Shown: piece after piece, positions 62,306 through 64,000 of the stretch
Position numbering within the stretch: position 1 is the stretch's first letter
How the letters are laid out: every line of letters begins with the position of its first letter
Translations under genes and position numbers: made by a program
The notes under the pieces: model-generated
What the model was told of the DNA's origin: nothing
The model's database searches: none
Seen by the model: the letters and a program-made list of their open reading frames with translations, nothing else
Source: Lama guanicoe
Taxonomy: Eukaryota
Length of the DNA stretch: 64,000 bases
Direction of reading: 5' to 3'
Assembly (NCBI GenBank): GCA_013239625.1
Contig: MU053934.1
Span: 6,466,399-6,530,398 of the forward strand

Positions 62306-63068
62306 AGGCCATTTCAAGCACCGCTTCTCCCTCCATTCCTCTCAGCTGTTATTGCTGCAGGGCCACGCCCTTTTAGTGCGGCGCATGTCCAGCCCACCAC
62401 CACAGCCCCTCTCAGCCCCCAGCAGGTGGGAGGGGCCAGCTGCCTCTTTAGGACAGTGGCTTCCTCCATTTATCCAAACCGCCCCTCTCCTCCCAGTGGA
62501 ATGGAGTTCTCGCCAGCACTGCCCTCCTCCATCGTCTGTGTCAGCCGGTCCTAGCCCATCTGTAGGGTGAAAAGAACTCACCAAGAGCTTCTTCTGCCCT
62601 TGCAAATCCATACCAGCTACTTGTAACCATCTCCAAGGAAAATGACATTGCTCCCTGTCCATTCATCTGCATGATCTGCTCTTGGCTTCCTTCAAGGGTC
62701 AAGAAAGCAACTTTTCTGCTTGTCAGATTTGTTGACGTCAGCTGTGTGAGCCCCAATGTGGGACAAGGGTGTCTCCTTCATTGCTTTAAGCTTATTTATA
62801 AGGATGGGTCACTACAGATGTGGAGGAGCAAGGGCTAGGATCACTTTTTAAAAAATCACCACTTGTGACTGGCCCAGAGTGCAGTCACACACCCTCCCTA
62901 CCCTGTAATGGAGCCACTTAGGAAGAATGGCTTTCCTGAAGAGTCATGTCTGGAGTTGACTTCCTTATCCTCAAACTTTAAATAAGAACTAAACACACAT
63001 ACAAAACTCCAGAAACTCACAAAATGTAAACTCTAGGAAGAAGAAAAGTACCCTTCTGTCCACTTAGC

Positions 63069-63541
63069 AATAAAAAGGATCTCTTCCCACCTACCCTGAC
63101 TATCCTATTCCCCACCCCCACCACAACCCCAACCCCATTAATGTGAGTAATGAATTAGCCTGGCCACAGTTGGTCACTGTAGGCTAGTGGAAAATCCCCA
63201 ACGGAGGGCAAAGCCCCCTATCAGATGCATGAATGTTTGCGAATGTTGGCTGCCACTGCCCCACACACTGTCTTTATGGAATACTCCCTACCCACTGCCC
63301 CACCATTTCCACCTGGACACAACTTGTTCAAAGGCTGGTGACTTGTGGGCCATTCATCTACAACCAAGTCCCGATGGAGCAAGAGGCCCAAGCCTAGGGG
63401 ATGCAAGAACGACCCATTAAATGTTACCAGTCCCAGCCAACCTTTTGGTGACATGGTTAAATTTCCCAATTGAAACTAAGCCAACAGACACTCAAACTGG
63501 TTGTGTAAATGTTGCTAGACTTTATGTGTTGTACAACTAAA
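63069..63541 (+). terminator. candidate SEPTIN3 polyadenylation signals
   Basis: AATAAA at 63069-63074; variant ACTAAA at 63536-63541 preceded by TGTA elements and followed by GT-rich sequence. Confidence 0.5.
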
Positions 63542-64000
63542 CATTGCTGTTTGAACAATAACTGTCTGGCCTGTGTCTTACTTGTGCTCCTCATTCCTTG
63601 AGTAAATCAGCTATTACATTATTTCACCCATGTGTGGAGGCTGAGGCAAGGACCATCTTGGTAAGAAGTGGACACAGGAATTAGAGATGGAAAACATTTT
63701 GTGAGGTCAGCTCATCTTCAGTTGGCATGAAGTTGGACCTCAGTCATGATTCCCTGGAGTTTTGTATCCAAAGTGGATGATGGAGCTGTCATACTTGACC
63801 TTAAGGGAAGCTGTGCTCTGCATAGTCTGTCTTCTCCAACAGAAACAAATTTTTTTCATTCAGTTAATTTCCTAGCCTTTCCCCTTGTTTTTCCAGGAGG
63901 TATAAAAACCAAATCTATGAAAGGAGTGGACCCATCTTGCCTAGAAACCTGCCTGCTTTGCAGTGAAGACATTTTAAGAGTTTAGAATTTAAATTTAAAG

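Noticed and set aside
63600..64000. Start of the next syntenic gene (WBP2NL in human)
   Set aside because: No recognisable exon or CpG-rich promoter before the window ends.
1..64000. CRISPR arrays, operons, rRNA or intact transposase/reverse transcriptase genes
   Set aside because: None seen; the window is intron-rich mammalian DNA with only decayed or non-autonomous elements.

Overview
Mammalian genomic DNA, most likely a camelid (four tRNA-derived SINEs resembling the camelid Vic-1 family), with the gene order seen at human 22q13.2. Four genes were reconstructed exon by exon with consistent splice phases: TNFRSF13C/BAFF-R (minus, 3 exons, 186 aa), CENPM (minus, 6 exons, 180 aa), the SMIM45 68-aa microprotein (plus), and SEPTIN3 (plus; 358-aa isoform A and 350-aa isoform B). 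The rest is mostly L2, MIR, L1, LTR and MER repeats. Most interesting: (1) a 1.3-kb upstream coding exon that can splice in frame onto SEPTIN3, giving a ~780-aa septin whose extension has EB-binding SxIP-like motifs and cryptic internal repeats; (2) a consensus CTCF core inside the SMIM45 coding sequence; (3) a 162-codon ATG ORF in the SMIM45 3' UTR where humans have a reported de novo ORF; (4) a MIR-derived MIR378I-like sequence downstream of TNFRSF13C. Gene identities rest on my recognition of the proteins, not on a database search. Repeat family names and boundaries are approximate. No prokaryotic-type system (CRISPR, operon) is present.
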